Positions 1-8,803 of a stretch of 48,600 bases of DNA are shown in pieces (positions within the stretch are counted from its first letter, which is position 1; each line of letters opens with the position of its first letter). The stretch covers positions 1 to 48,600 of the forward strand of contig CAXTTZ010000002.1 in NCBI GenBank assembly GCA_964247325.1, in the 5' to 3' direction. The stretch comes from an uncultured Acidobacteriaceae bacterium (GTDB lineage: Bacteria; Acidobacteriota; Terriglobia; Terriglobales; Acidobacteriaceae). The position numbers were made by a program, and so were the translations under genes. The notes beneath the pieces were generated by a model, which was given only the letters and a program-made list of their open reading frames with translations, was not told where the DNA came from and made no database searches.

Positions 1-1810
1 CCCCTTCGCCGAACTGCAGCGCGTATAGCCGGCTATAGGTGCCCCCGCGCGCGATGAGCTCCTCGTGCGCCCCCTCCTCAGTAATCTCGCCGGCCTCCAA
101 CACCACAATGCGGTCCGCCCGCCGCACCGTCGACAGCCGGTGCGCAATCACCAGCACCGTCCGGTCCTGCATCAGGTTCGCAAGCGCTGCCTGCACCGCC
201 GCCTCGCTCTCCGTGTCAAGCGCCGAGGTCGCCTCATCCAACACCAGGATCGGAGCGTCCTTCACCAGCGCCCGCGCAATGGCCAACCGCTGCCGCTCGC
301 CGCCCGAAAGCCGCGTTCCCTTCTCGCCGATCACCGTGTCATACCCGTCCGGCAGCCGCAGGATAAAGTCATGGGCCAACGCCGCCCTTGCCGCCGCCTC
401 AATGCGCTCCAACGGCACGTCCGGCCGGCCGTACGCGATATTGTTACGCACCGAATCGTTGAACAGCACCGTCTCCTGCGTCACCTTGCCCACCTGCGCG
501 CGCACCGAAGCCACCGTCACCTCGCGCACATCCTGGCCGTCAATCAAAATCGCGCCGCCCGTCACGTCATAAAAGCGCGGCAGTAGGTTGGCCAAAGTAG
601 ACTTACCTGCCCCGCTCGGGCCGACCAGCGCCACCATCTCGCCTCGACCCACGCGCAGCGACACCCCGCGCAGCACTTCGCGTTGCGCCAAACCCCGCTC
701 ATACCCGAAGCGCACCTCGCGAAACTCCACCGTTTCGCGAAACGGGACGAGCGCCGGCGCGCCTTTGCGCTCCTGCACCTCGTCCTGCTCATCCATAAAA
801 CGGAAGATCTCCTGGCTCGCGCCGACCGCCTGCTGGAAGCTGTTGTAGTACAGCGGCATCTTGCGCACAGGGTCGTACAACGCGATGACCGCGATCAAAA
901 ACGCAATAAAACTGCCCGCCGTGTCCCCATGCAAAATGCGTTGCCGGCCAAACAGCAGCAGCAGCGCAATGCCCACCGCGCCCAGCGCGTCCATCAGCGG
1001 CGAAGAGATGGACTGCACTGCGACTGAACGCATATTCGCCGCCAACAATCGCGCCGCCGCGCTGCGGAACCGTCGCATCTCCCACGGCTCCATCCCAAAG
1101 GCCTTCACGATGCCATTCCCAGTGATGGTCTCCTGCACAAGGTTTTGAATCTCGGCCAGTTTGTCCTGCCCGCGGCGCGTCGTTTTGCGCACGCTGCGCC
1201 CGATGCGCCGAGCCGAGATCACAATCACCGGCACAAACAGCAGCAGCACCCAGGCCATCCGCCCGCCCGCAAGAACCACGGCGCCGATCATAAAAATTAG
1301 CGTAAAGATCTGTTGCAAAAAGTCGCCCAGCACAGTGGACATCGCATTTTGCACCCGCTCTACATCGTTGATCAGCGTGGACTGCAAGGTGCCCGTCGGT
1401 TGTCGCTGAAAGAAGCTCGTCGACCGCCGCAGCAGCGAGCCATACAGGTCATTGCGCAGGTCAGTCATCATGCCAAAGCCGGCGCGGTTGGCCAGCAGCG
1501 TCCCCGCATAGTCACACACGGCCTTTAGCCCAGCCGAGGCGACCAGCGCCAACGCCACCACCGTCCACGCATTATGAAAGCTGTGCGGCAGCCAGCGCTG
1601 CAGATCGACGCGGTGCGCCGTACGCGGCACCGCGAACACCAGCACCCGATCCGGCGACGCCACCGGGCTTAATACATGGTCCACAATCGGCTTGATCAGC
1701 AGAATGCGAAACGCCTGCATCGCTCCCACCACCGCCATCAGCAAAACGCTGATAAACACCTGCCCCCCATACGGCCGCATATACCGCAGCAAGCGTCCCA
1801 CGCGCCTCAT
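1..1810 (-). CDS. msbA: ABC transporter permease/ATP-binding fusion, MsbA (lipid A flippase)-like; 3' end runs off the window
   Basis: Manual translation from ATG at 1810 (MRRVGRLLRYMRPYGGQ...) gives an N-terminal TM region, then Walker A GPSGAGKST, signature LSGGERQR, Walker B ILVLDEATSALD and H-loop IAHRLST, ending ...YSRLYALQFGEG at the edge. Absent from the ORF track because no stop lies in the window. Confidence 0.85.
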   Translation of the reverse strand, partial: MRRVGRLLRYMRPYGGQVFISVLLMAVVGAMQAFRILLIKPIVDHVLSPVASPDRVLVFAVPRTAHRVDLQRWLPHSFHNAWTVVALALVASAGLKAVCDYAGTLLANRAGFGMMTDLRNDLYGSLLRRSTSFFQRQPTGTLQSTLINDVERVQNAMSTVLGDFLQQIFTLIFMIGAVVLAGGRMAWVLLLFVPVIVISARRIGRSVRKTTRRGQDKLAEIQNLVQETITGNGIVKAFGMEPWEMRRFRSAAARLLAANMRSVAVQSISSPLMDALGAVGIALLLLFGRQRILHGDTAGSFIAFLIAVIALYDPVRKMPLYYNSFQQAVGASQEIFRFMDEQDEVQERKGAPALVPFRETVEFREVRFGYERGLAQREVLRGVSLRVGRGEMVALVGPSGAGKSTLANLLPRFYDVTGGAILIDGQDVREVTVASVRAQVGKVTQETVLFNDSVRNNIAYGRPDVPLERIEAAARAALAHDFILRLPDGYDTVIGEKGTRLSGGERQRLAIARALVKDAPILVLDEATSALDTESEAAVQAALANLMQDRTVLVIAHRLSTVRRADRIVVLEAGEITEEGAHEELIARGGTYSRLYALQFGEG

Positions 1811-1955
1811 GACGCAAACCTCATTCGATGTACAAGACGTGCGGTCACCGGCTCCAGTCTACGCCGGAAGCAACTTCAGGTTTGGCCATCTCCGCTTAAC
1901 CTCAATATTTCTACTCTTGCGCGACTTCAGGTATTATCGTTCCGGATTTATCGTT

Positions 1956-2374
1956 ATGTTCGGTTCTAGTATTTATGTCGTGCAAGACTCCTCACACTTG
2001 GTCGTCATCGATCCGATAAGTTATTGGTCCGTTTTCTCAGGTGCTTTTGTCTTATACCCACTTTGGCTTTTTCTTACACCCAAGTATTTCAGCAAACGTA
2101 AAGCTCTCCTCTTGGCCTGCACCGCACTGCTCTGGTTATGCTTCACATCAATTACCCAGCTAACGCTGGACCGCACTACCGGCACAGCTCATTTTGAGCA
2201 GTTTATGTTTCTGCATTGGTCGAGATAGACCATGCCTTCGTCCGCACTGGTTCCACCACAAATCAACTCGCGCTACAATACACAGACGGCTCCGTTCTTC
2301 TATTCTCCATGCTTGACCAAATGCCCGGTAAAGATAACGCCTCATACGCTATCAACAGATTCCTCGGCCGTTAA
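1956..2374 (+). pseudogene. Frameshifted 2-TM membrane protein, paralog of the 4042..4595 gene
   Basis: MFGSSIYVVQDSSHLVVIDP...TQLTLDRTTG...HWSR stops at 2228, but the -1 frame continues EIDHAFVRTGSTTNQLALQYTDGSVLLFSMLDQMPGKDNASYAINRFLGR to TAA at 2374. Both halves align by eye with the 4042..4595 product. Confidence 0.65.
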
Positions 2375-2439
2375 GATTTGCAGTGTCTCCGCATGAAGGG
2401 CAAATAGCACTATCTTTTGATGCCCACAGCTAGAATCAG

Positions 2440-3135
2440 CTACCGTCCGATTGCGGAACGCAGCTGATCCATGTCGCCTGCCTCGGAACTGATCAAGAAC
2501 AGGCCACCATCTTGGGGACTCTCTCGGAGGTACACGCGAACGTTCTTCATCCAGCTTCGGTCGAAGGCTGAAGTCGGCTGGACATCATCTGCGCCCAACA
2601 AAGGAACGTAGAAGGGATGAGCGCGAAACGCAGGTTCCTGAATCGTAGGTAACCAAATGGAGCGCTGGTGCGCAAGGTATATCTCCGTGGAAACATCAAG
2701 TAAACAGCACAGCAGCGCACCCGAGCCGCAGTACGCTGGAAATGCTGAGGTAAGTGCGGCATCCTCGTCCATCAAGTAGAACAGGGTTTCATGCTGTAGA
2801 CGTGAGAACTCGTCCCAGCGGAGCTTGTCGAAATCAGACTGTTGAAGCAAACGCGGCGGACTTCCCGGACGCACACCAAGCCCAAGGTCCGGCATCCACT
2901 CCGCGGCATGATCTGTCAGTAGATTGACCTCCTCTACCGTATGCAGCGCCGAACCCTGGAGAAAAACAATTGGCCGCAGACGCTGTTCCTGCATGAGCGA
3001 TCCCACCCAACGTAACAACGCCTCGGTCAATTCCTGTTTCTCTTCCGTTTTCAGGGGAAACGTTGGATACGGGATCAGCGCGGCTTCAAAAGGAGCCACG
3101 CTCGAAACCGTTTGCAGCAAGATTGCCTTCGTCAT
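2440..3135 (-). CDS. Hypothetical protein (paralog of 3132..4049 product)
   Basis: 231-aa open frame; ATGA overlap with the upstream stop at 3132-3135 and a GAGG RBS; shares the P-x-F/Y-x3-PF-x2-PLL...W...YL-x-ES-x2-D-x-G motif with its neighbour. Confidence 0.75.
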   Translation of the reverse strand: MTKAILLQTVSSVAPFEAALIPYPTFPLKTEEKQELTEALLRWVGSLMQEQRLRPIVFLQGSALHTVEEVNLLTDHAAEWMPDLGLGVRPGSPPRLLQQSDFDKLRWDEFSRLQHETLFYLMDEDAALTSAFPAYCGSGALLCCLLDVSTEIYLAHQRSIWLPTIQEPAFRAHPFYVPLLGADDVQPTSAFDRSWMKNVRVYLRESPQDGGLFLISSEAGDMDQLRSAIGR

Positions 3136-4049
3136 GACTTTTTGACCTCTGGTGAAGGGTAGGGCCAAACGACATTTTGCCGCTCCAATGTTTCCAGCAC
3201 TTCGATCAAGACAGCATCGAACTCCGGGTTGCCAAATGCAAGCAGAACGCCTGCGTCTTCGCGGCTTTCGATCAGGTACCCGTCAAACACGCTAAACCAT
3301 AGGGCAAGCGTTTCGGGAGAAGCATCCATGAAATGCCGGGCCTGTAATAGGGGAAGAACAAAGGGCAGTCCCGAATATGCCGGGTCATCGAGTACAGCGC
3401 CGCCGAACACGGCCTTGCTCTTCGCCAAAAAGCCGTCCTGGAGTCTGTACAGGCCGTCTACAACGCCCTGCATATCATGGCCGTTCTCTTCGAGCCATGC
3501 CTTGGCCGAAGCAGGTATCTCAATGGCAGGCGCAGATGTTTGCACATCAGGTTTTAGCCAAAGCAGCATCATATCGCCAATGCCGAAAAAATCTTGACGC
3601 TGGCGTTCGTCCTGCTTTTGCAAAAACCAATAGGTATAATCGCCAATCCAGTCGGACAGCTTAAAGCCGCCATTCTTGATCGCGTTTTCTATGTCCTGGG
3701 CCGTGGGCGGTTTTACTTTTGTGCCGTCCGGCGGTATGGCATACCCGGCTAGGGGTTCGTACTCCAGGCTGGTCTGAAGAAAGCGTTCTGCTTGTTCTTC
3801 GGAGACAATGCGAAAGCGAATGAAGTTCTCCTGACGCAGTCCACGTTGGGCCAGCACTTCCTTGAGTACGTTGATAAAGGTATGAAACCACTGCTGCACC
3901 AAAAACGGCATCGGGTAAGGAAAGCCGCCGATCCAATACACGGAAGCCGTTTCGATCTTGCGTGATCGATGGAACGGAAAGATTTCTGCCGAACTCAAAC
4001 GCCGCCGAGGTGTCGGTGCGCTTGTGGTCTCAGTCGGTTTGTCACTCAT
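3132..4049 (-). CDS. Hypothetical protein (paralog of 2440..3135 product)
   Basis: 305-aa open frame from ATG 4049 (MSDKPTET...), overlapping the upstream stop at 4042-4044; no recognisable family. Confidence 0.75.
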   Translation of the reverse strand: MSDKPTETTSAPTPRRRLSSAEIFPFHRSRKIETASVYWIGGFPYPMPFLVQQWFHTFINVLKEVLAQRGLRQENFIRFRIVSEEQAERFLQTSLEYEPLAGYAIPPDGTKVKPPTAQDIENAIKNGGFKLSDWIGDYTYWFLQKQDERQRQDFFGIGDMMLLWLKPDVQTSAPAIEIPASAKAWLEENGHDMQGVVDGLYRLQDGFLAKSKAVFGGAVLDDPAYSGLPFVLPLLQARHFMDASPETLALWFSVFDGYLIESREDAGVLLAFGNPEFDAVLIEVLETLERQNVVWPYPSPEVKKS

Positions 4050-4595
4050 GGGCTGGCTCACCAGGTTGGGAAACATTCAAAAACTGGTTCACGGCAGCAA
4101 CGGCTTCACTCTGGTTGCCTTGATCCGTGAAACCTCCCAAACTGATACGATGGCCACCCTGGAGTACAATAACAAAGCTTACGGCCCCGCCGTCTGTCTC
4201 AAGGGTGGAATACGCTACATCCTGTAAATGATAGCTTTCTTCATCTGAGAGAAAAGGTAGGTGTTCGTTCTTTATCGTACAAATACCTGCTTGGCGATCC
4301 AGTAAAAGTGATGTTGGCTGCAAGGAGTAGTAAGTGATCACGGCCGAAAGGAACGCGATCACTCCTACAAGCAGATTTACCTTCCATCTCCAGGTCAGTT
4401 GCTGCTTTACATTCACCAGCTTACCTTGATAAAGAATTGTTTCCCCAGGCCTCGTTAGCCAAGCACCAAGGGAACCCATCAACCACCATATGCAATAATG
4501 TTTACGACAATGAAGAACACACCCATGAAGTAATTGGGAGGGTCGTCGATTCGCAGCGCGTAGTTATTCAGCCATGTGATGTGAAACGAACCCAC
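4042..4595 (-). pseudogene. 2-TM membrane protein with C-terminal soluble (PH-like?) domain; one apparent frameshift near 4494
   Basis: GTG at 4595 sits 5 nt after AGGAG and reads MGSFHITWLNNYALRIDDPPNYFMGVFFIVVNII. Restoring one missing base (ATT ATT [T]GC) joins it to the 4042..4482 ORF (CIWWLMGSLGAW...LLVGVIAFLSAVITYY...SLLLDRQAG...AVNQFL). May be intact if the indel is a sequencing error. Confidence 0.65.
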
Positions 4596-4603
4596 GCCTT
4601 CTC

Positions 4604-5334
4604 CTACGCAAAAGGACTGTCGGCGTTTGCTGCAACACCTGCGTTGCCGTCAAAAGTAATCACTTTAGCCCAAAGAACTGCAGCTAAAATTCTAGTGAGC
4701 GTGAAATCAGTCGCGGCTGCTTGGAATTTAGCATCTGTAGCTTTCACGGATTTTCAGCAACAAGAGCTTTACTCGCCAGAACGCCGAGTTTGCCCTCCAT
4801 GGTTGTGTATGAAAGATTAAGACCAGGATAGAAGCCGAAGTTAGCAGCAAAGACGTTCGTAAACCAAAAGCTACTAGTTTTGTGATGGAATTTATAATAA
4901 TGATGAACGTGCTCTTGTATGCTAGTCAGAATTGTAGGCTGGTGAATCTGCTCCGGTTGATGATGATCTTCCGTTCGCGTGTGCACAAAAGTGTCGTTGC
5001 GCGGCGAGATATTCACTTGATGGTGCACGCCAATATGCGTCGTATTCGTCGTCCCCACGATGGTGTGCTGGTGATTCGTCTTGATCAGTTCAGTACGGCT
5101 GCCCGTGACGGTCAGCTTGTCATCCTTGAGCACATTCTTGGTGTCGTTACCTTCGAATTGATCCCACACGTCGCCATGCACCAAAGACACACAGGCTCCC
5201 GTGGTCCCGCTGAGCGCGGTAGGACTGGTCATGGCGCGGGGATTGAGATTCTTAAACGGCAGCTGCTGGGCGTCGTTTGCATACCCATTTGGCCGCGTTT
5301 GCGTCAGCACCGACCCGGTAAAGACGTTCACCAT
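4604..5334 (-). CDS. Stand-alone gp5/VgrG C-terminal-like beta-helix (spike-like) protein; apparent frameshift at 4751-4754
   Basis: GGAGG RBS and ATG at 5334; 8-residue repeats LVHGDVWD/QFEGNDTK/NVLKDDKL/TVTGSRTE/LIKTNHQH/TIVGTTNT/THIGVHHQ. The frame stops at 4744, but adding one A to an A4 run gives ...AEKSVKATDAKFQAAATDFTLTRILAAVLWAKVITFDGNAGVAANADSPFA, with its stop at 4604 overlapping the next RBS. Confidence 0.6.
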
Positions 5335-5563
5335 GGTACCCTCCACAGTACCACAACCCTGAGCGGCGAATTCCAGCCTAGAAATGCGCCGACAGCTGAG
5401 ATCGTTGCACACCAATTGCCTTCCAAGGGCTAATCTTTCTTCATGAACGCACAAGATCACAGCACGGGCAACAGCGCATCACCTTTTGTCGTGTAAGCCT
5501 GAAGTACCTCGCTAAGTCGTGTGTCCAACGTACTTTAGGTCACAAGTACCCGGGGGAGGGTAC

Positions 5564-6925
5564 CTACACCCGGGCATCCTTCTCCCGCGCCAAGAACCGC
5601 TCCATAAACTTGGTATCAAACTGCCCCGACCGAAACTCCGGATCGGCAAAGATTCGCTGGTGCAGCGGGATGGTCGTATGGATGCCCTGCACCACGAACT
5701 GACTCAGCGCGCGCTGCATCTTGTCCATCGCCTCCTCGCGGTCCTTACCGTGGCAGATCAGCTTGGCGATCAGCGAATCATAATACTGCGGCACCACGCC
5801 CTCAGCGTACTGCGCCGTGTCAACGCGCACGCCGTTGCCGCCGGGCACGTTGTAGACGGTGATCTTTCCCGGGCTCGGCGTGAACTTCTCCGGGTGCTCC
5901 GCATTGATGCGGCACTCGATCGCGTGCCCGACGATCTCCGGCCGCTTGGGCAAAATCTCCGCGAGCTTCTCGCCCGAAGCGATGCGCAGCTGCGCCTTTA
6001 CCAGGTCGACACCGGTGACCATCTCCGTCACAGGGTGCTCGACCTGAATGCGCGTATTCATCTCGATAAAGTAAATGGACCCATCCTCGTCCATCAGAAA
6101 CTCAATCGTGCCGGCGTTCCAGTAGCCGATCTCCTTCAAGCTTCGCTCGATTGTCTTGCCCAGCTGCTCGCGCAGCTTGGGCGTCACCTGCAGGCTCGGC
6201 GCCTCTTCGATCAGCTTCTGGTGCCGCCGCTGGATGGAGCACTCGCGCTCCCCCAAGCTCATCACATTGCCGTGCTCATCGGCCAGCACCTGAAACTCGA
6301 TGTGCCGCGGCCGCTCGATGAATTTCTCCATATACAGCTCGCCGTTGCCGAACGCATTGAGCGCCTCGGTAGAGGCCTGCTGAAACAGTCCCGGTAGCTC
6401 TTCCTTGCTGCGCACGATGCGCATGCCGCGCCCGCCGCCGCCGGCCACAGCCTTCAAAATGACCGGGTACCCCACCGCGCGCGCCCACTCCAGCGCTGCG
6501 CCTTCACTTTCAATGACGCCGTCGGAGCCGGGCAGAATCGGCACCTTCACCTTCTTCATGGTCTGCCGCGCCGTGGACTTTTCGCCCATCATCCGCGTCA
6601 CCTCTGGCGGCGGCCCGATAAACTTGATGTTCGAAGCCCGGCACACCTCGGCAAAGTTCGCGTTCTCGCTCAGAAGCCCGTAGCCCGGATGAATCGCCTC
6701 CGCCCCAGCGATCTCCGCAGCCGAGATCACCGCCGGTACGTTGAGATAGCTGTCCGCCGAACGCGGCGGCCCGATGCAAATCGCCTCGTCCGCAAAGCGT
6801 ACATGCAAGCTGTTGCGGTCGGCCTCCGAGTACACGGCCACCGTACGCACGCCCAGCTCCTTGCATGCGGAGATGACCCGCAGCGCAATCTCTCCTCGGT
6901 TGGCAATCAAAACCTTACGAAACAT
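5564..6925 (-). CDS. accC: Acetyl-CoA carboxylase, biotin carboxylase subunit
   Basis: [63 protein letters not shown]. Confidence 0.97.
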   Translation of the reverse strand: MFRKVLIANRGEIALRVISACKELGVRTVAVYSEADRNSLHVRFADEAICIGPPRSADSYLNVPAVISAAEIAGAEAIHPGYGLLSENANFAEVCRASNIKFIGPPPEVTRMMGEKSTARQTMKKVKVPILPGSDGVIESEGAALEWARAVGYPVILKAVAGGGGRGMRIVRSKEELPGLFQQASTEALNAFGNGELYMEKFIERPRHIEFQVLADEHGNVMSLGERECSIQRRHQKLIEEAPSLQVTPKLREQLGKTIERSLKEIGYWNAGTIEFLMDEDGSIYFIEMNTRIQVEHPVTEMVTGVDLVKAQLRIASGEKLAEILPKRPEIVGHAIECRINAEHPEKFTPSPGKITVYNVPGGNGVRVDTAQYAEGVVPQYYDSLIAKLICHGKDREEAMDKMQRALSQFVVQGIHTTIPLHQRIFADPEFRSGQFDTKFMERFLAREKDARV

Positions 6926-7014
6926 CGTTATCTTTCTTCTTTACCCTTGTCATAAGACCTGCGTTTGCGGCCAGCCGCAGCTGTCACTCTCATCGTACGA
7001 ACCACGCACAAGCG

Positions 7015-7572
7015 CTATTGCCTGATCGCGAACAGCGCTTGCCCGTACTCCACTGGCTGCCCGGCGCGAACCAGCATCTTGACCACCTCGCCGGCCGCAT
7101 CGCACTCGATCTCGTTCATGATCTTCATGGCCTCTACGATGCAAAGCACCTTGCCCAGCGAAACGGTATCCCCGATCCTCACAAAGGGCTCGGACCCTGG
7201 GGAAGCCGCGTCATAAAACGTTCCTACCAACGGCGACTTCACAATATGCAGCTCGGGCTCAGGTTCCGCGTCGGCCTGCGCCTCTGCCGCTGCTGAAAGC
7301 ACAGGGGTCAGGTGAGCCGGCTCGTTTGCAGACGCCTCCACCCCCGGCAACGTCGGCATGGGCGCAGCCGCCCTGCTCGCACCGAGCAGCTGCGCGAGCT
7401 GCGCCAGATCGAGTCCTACACCCGCAGCTGTGGCTTGGTTCTCCGCGCCGGCAAACTTCAGCTTGATTTTCAGCTCCGGCCGTTCCATGTCGAACTGCGC
7501 CACGCCGCTCGCTTTCAAAAACTCCACAAGCTCGCGAAGCTCCTTCAGATCGCTCAAATCCCCTTCACCCAT
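7015..7572 (-). CDS. accB: Acetyl-CoA carboxylase biotin carboxyl carrier protein
   Basis: Biotinylation motif EAMKIMN, SPLVGTFY, Ala/Pro linker; directly upstream of accC. Confidence 0.95.
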   Translation of the reverse strand: MGEGDLSDLKELRELVEFLKASGVAQFDMERPELKIKLKFAGAENQATAAGVGLDLAQLAQLLGASRAAAPMPTLPGVEASANEPAHLTPVLSAAAEAQADAEPEPELHIVKSPLVGTFYDAASPGSEPFVRIGDTVSLGKVLCIVEAMKIMNEIECDAAGEVVKMLVRAGQPVEYGQALFAIRQ

Positions 7573-7613
7573 GAATCAAAACTCTCCAAAATGCAGTCAC
7601 AACCCAAACATCT

Positions 7614-8714
7614 TCATAGCTCGGTCCAAACCTTCGGACTCCTCGCGGTTAGCACCTCACCGCCCGACTCCGTTACAAGCACCATGTCTTCGATGCGCAC
7701 ACCAAAGGTGTCGAGCAGATAGGCGCCCGGCTCAATGGTAACCACCATACCCGGCTCCAGCGTTTGCTCTACCTTGGCTGCCAAACGCGGACCCTCGTGA
7801 ATCTCTAATCCCACGCCATGGCCGGTAGAATGCGCAAACGCCTTGCCCAGCCCGGCTCGCTTCAGCACGGACCGTGCGGCCCGGTCCACCGCGCCGCAGG
7901 TTACTCCCGGCCCAACCGCGGTGACCGCAGCCTCTTGCGCCTCCAGCACAGCAGCATACACCGCCCGCGCCCGCGGCGTAGGTCGCCCGAGGTGCACGGT
8001 GCGTGTCATATCAGAACAATAGCCGTCCAGCACAACACCAAAATCCAACGTGGCAAACCCGCGCCGTGGCAACTCCTGCGTTGTTGCCCGCCCATGCGGC
8101 AAGGCACTCCGTTTGCCGCTCGCGACGATCGTCTCAAAGCTCATGGCTTCGGCTCCTGCCTGGCGAGCGGCGTACTCCAGCTCTAGAGCCACCTCTACCT
8201 CCCTGCGCCCTGGCACCATGTGCACGAGCACGCCTTCAAACAACGTGCATCCCAGCTCGGCCGCGCGACGAATCTTTGCTATCTCACCGTCATCCTTGAT
8301 CTCGCGCAGCTTCGCTACCAAATCCTCCGTTGCAACGAAGAAGCCACGCCGCGCTGCTGCGCCCAGCTCTTTCGGCAGCACTGCGCGCAGGGTCTCCAGC
8401 GCGGCAACCGTGGTATGCCGGGCATCAAAGGCACAACGGGTCGCTCCACGTGCCCGTAGCCACTCAAACCCCAGCACCGCTGCGGACTTTTTCCCAATCA
8501 CCACTCGCAGATCCGGCGCCTCAGCCTTGGCCTGGGCCGTGTAGCGGCCGTCGGTACATAGCGCTACTCGCCCACCGACGATCGCCACCGCTCCGTTCGA
8601 GCCGGTGAAGCCGCTGAGCCAGCGCACATCCGGGCCATGCGTTACCAGCAGCCCGTCCGCGCCTGCCTCCGAGGCCGCGCGCATGGCCTTTCTCCGGCGA
8701 TCCCGTGAGGTCAT
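7614..8714 (-). CDS. Xaa-Pro aminopeptidase/dipeptidase, M24B family
   Basis: Creatinase-like N-terminus (WLSGFTGS, TDGRY) and metal ligand motifs LDFG, SDMTRT, HSTGHGVGLEIHE, TIEPG, GVRIED. Confidence 0.93.
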   Translation of the reverse strand: MTSRDRRRKAMRAASEAGADGLLVTHGPDVRWLSGFTGSNGAVAIVGGRVALCTDGRYTAQAKAEAPDLRVVIGKKSAAVLGFEWLRARGATRCAFDARHTTVAALETLRAVLPKELGAAARRGFFVATEDLVAKLREIKDDGEIAKIRRAAELGCTLFEGVLVHMVPGRREVEVALELEYAARQAGAEAMSFETIVASGKRSALPHGRATTQELPRRGFATLDFGVVLDGYCSDMTRTVHLGRPTPRARAVYAAVLEAQEAAVTAVGPGVTCGAVDRAARSVLKRAGLGKAFAHSTGHGVGLEIHEGPRLAAKVEQTLEPGMVVTIEPGAYLLDTFGVRIEDMVLVTESGGEVLTARSPKVWTEL

Positions 8715-8803
8715 CCATCCATTCTACCGTTTGGGCACGCGCCTCCCCCGAAGGTGGCAGGCTCTTTCGCAGCGAATTGCCCATTTCCTCGCTATCATGG
8801 GCT

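Noticed and set aside
39-1817. Many short ORFs on both strands (39..572, 65..586, 1572..1817 etc.)
   Set aside because: Shadow frames of the MsbA-like gene, which the ORF track misses because its stop is outside the window.
4744-4760. Programmed -1 frameshift in the spike gene
   Set aside because: The run (G AAA A) is not a canonical X XXY YYZ slippery heptamer and I see no clear stimulatory hairpin; a simple indel is more parsimonious.
4437-5433. + strand ORFs 4437..4820 and 4882..5433
   Set aside because: Antisense to the spike and membrane genes, which have RBSs, coupling and repeat structure; these have none.
1900-5500. Prophage or complete T6SS/eCIS locus
   Set aside because: No sheath, tube, baseplate, PAAR, integrase, terminase or capsid genes recognisable in the window.
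5519-6397. 292-aa + strand ORF
   Set aside because: Antisense shadow of accC, typical of high-GC coding DNA; the same applies to 8843..9673, 17555..18640, 31449..32429 and similar.
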